From: Candidatus Cryosericum sp.
GTDB taxonomy: Bacteria; Caldisericota; Caldisericia; Cryosericales; Cryosericaceae
Length of the DNA: 19,346 bases
Direction: 5' to 3'
Assembly: GCA_049699855.1 (NCBI GenBank)
Contig: JBNAWM010000014.1
Location: forward strand, 1 to 19,346
Position 1 is the stretch's first letter; each line of letters begins with the position of its first letter. Shown in pieces: positions 19,291 through 19,346 of the stretch. A model generated the notes under the pieces. That model saw nothing but the letters and a program-made list of their open reading frames with translations, made no database searches and had not been told where the DNA came from. Both the position numbers and the translations under genes were made by a program.

Positions 19291-19333
19291 ACCGTTCATT
19301 GGGCATTGCATCTGCCCAATGAACGGTTTCGTT
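19291..19333 (+). terminator. Probable intrinsic terminator after the tRNA pair
   Basis: Perfect 15-bp inverted repeat ACCGTTCATTGGGCA (19291-19305)/TGCCCAATGAACGGT (19313-19327), 7-nt loop, followed by TTCGTT. Confidence 0.7.
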
Positions 19334-19346
19334 GACAAAGAGTGCC

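Noticed and set aside
19291..19327. MITE or mobile-element end at a tRNA integration site
   Set aside because: It is a single hairpin with no second copy, tRNA 3' duplication or integrase in the window. A terminator is the simpler reading, though sequence beyond the window is unseen.

Overview
Mostly an ordinary, Firmicutes-like bacterial housekeeping region. The lineage cannot be fixed from sequence alone; a Caldisericota/Cryosericum-like anaerobe is only a guess. Gene order: clpC (minus strand) divergent from a hypothetical gene and a class A PBP; a ygeY / ygeW-like / arcC / thrC-like catabolic cluster; serS and tRNA-Ser(TGA); rapZ-yvcK-whiA-rpoN-gap-pgk; secG, tRNA-Leu, tRNA-Val and a terminator. 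Five things stand out. (1) The tRNA-Leu has anticodon AAG (A34), rare in bacteria, implying A34-to-inosine editing beyond tRNA-Arg. (2) The first ~410 bp look archaeal: clpC runs in frame into the C-terminal half of an archaeal-type cytidylate kinase, most likely a chimeric junction. (3) The ureido-catabolism cluster has a ThrC-like PLP enzyme where YgeX would be expected. (4) In the ygeY leader a long hairpin lies between the only SD-like motif and the start codon. (5) Five of six clear sigma70-type promoters have 16-bp spacers. No mobile element or CRISPR array was seen.
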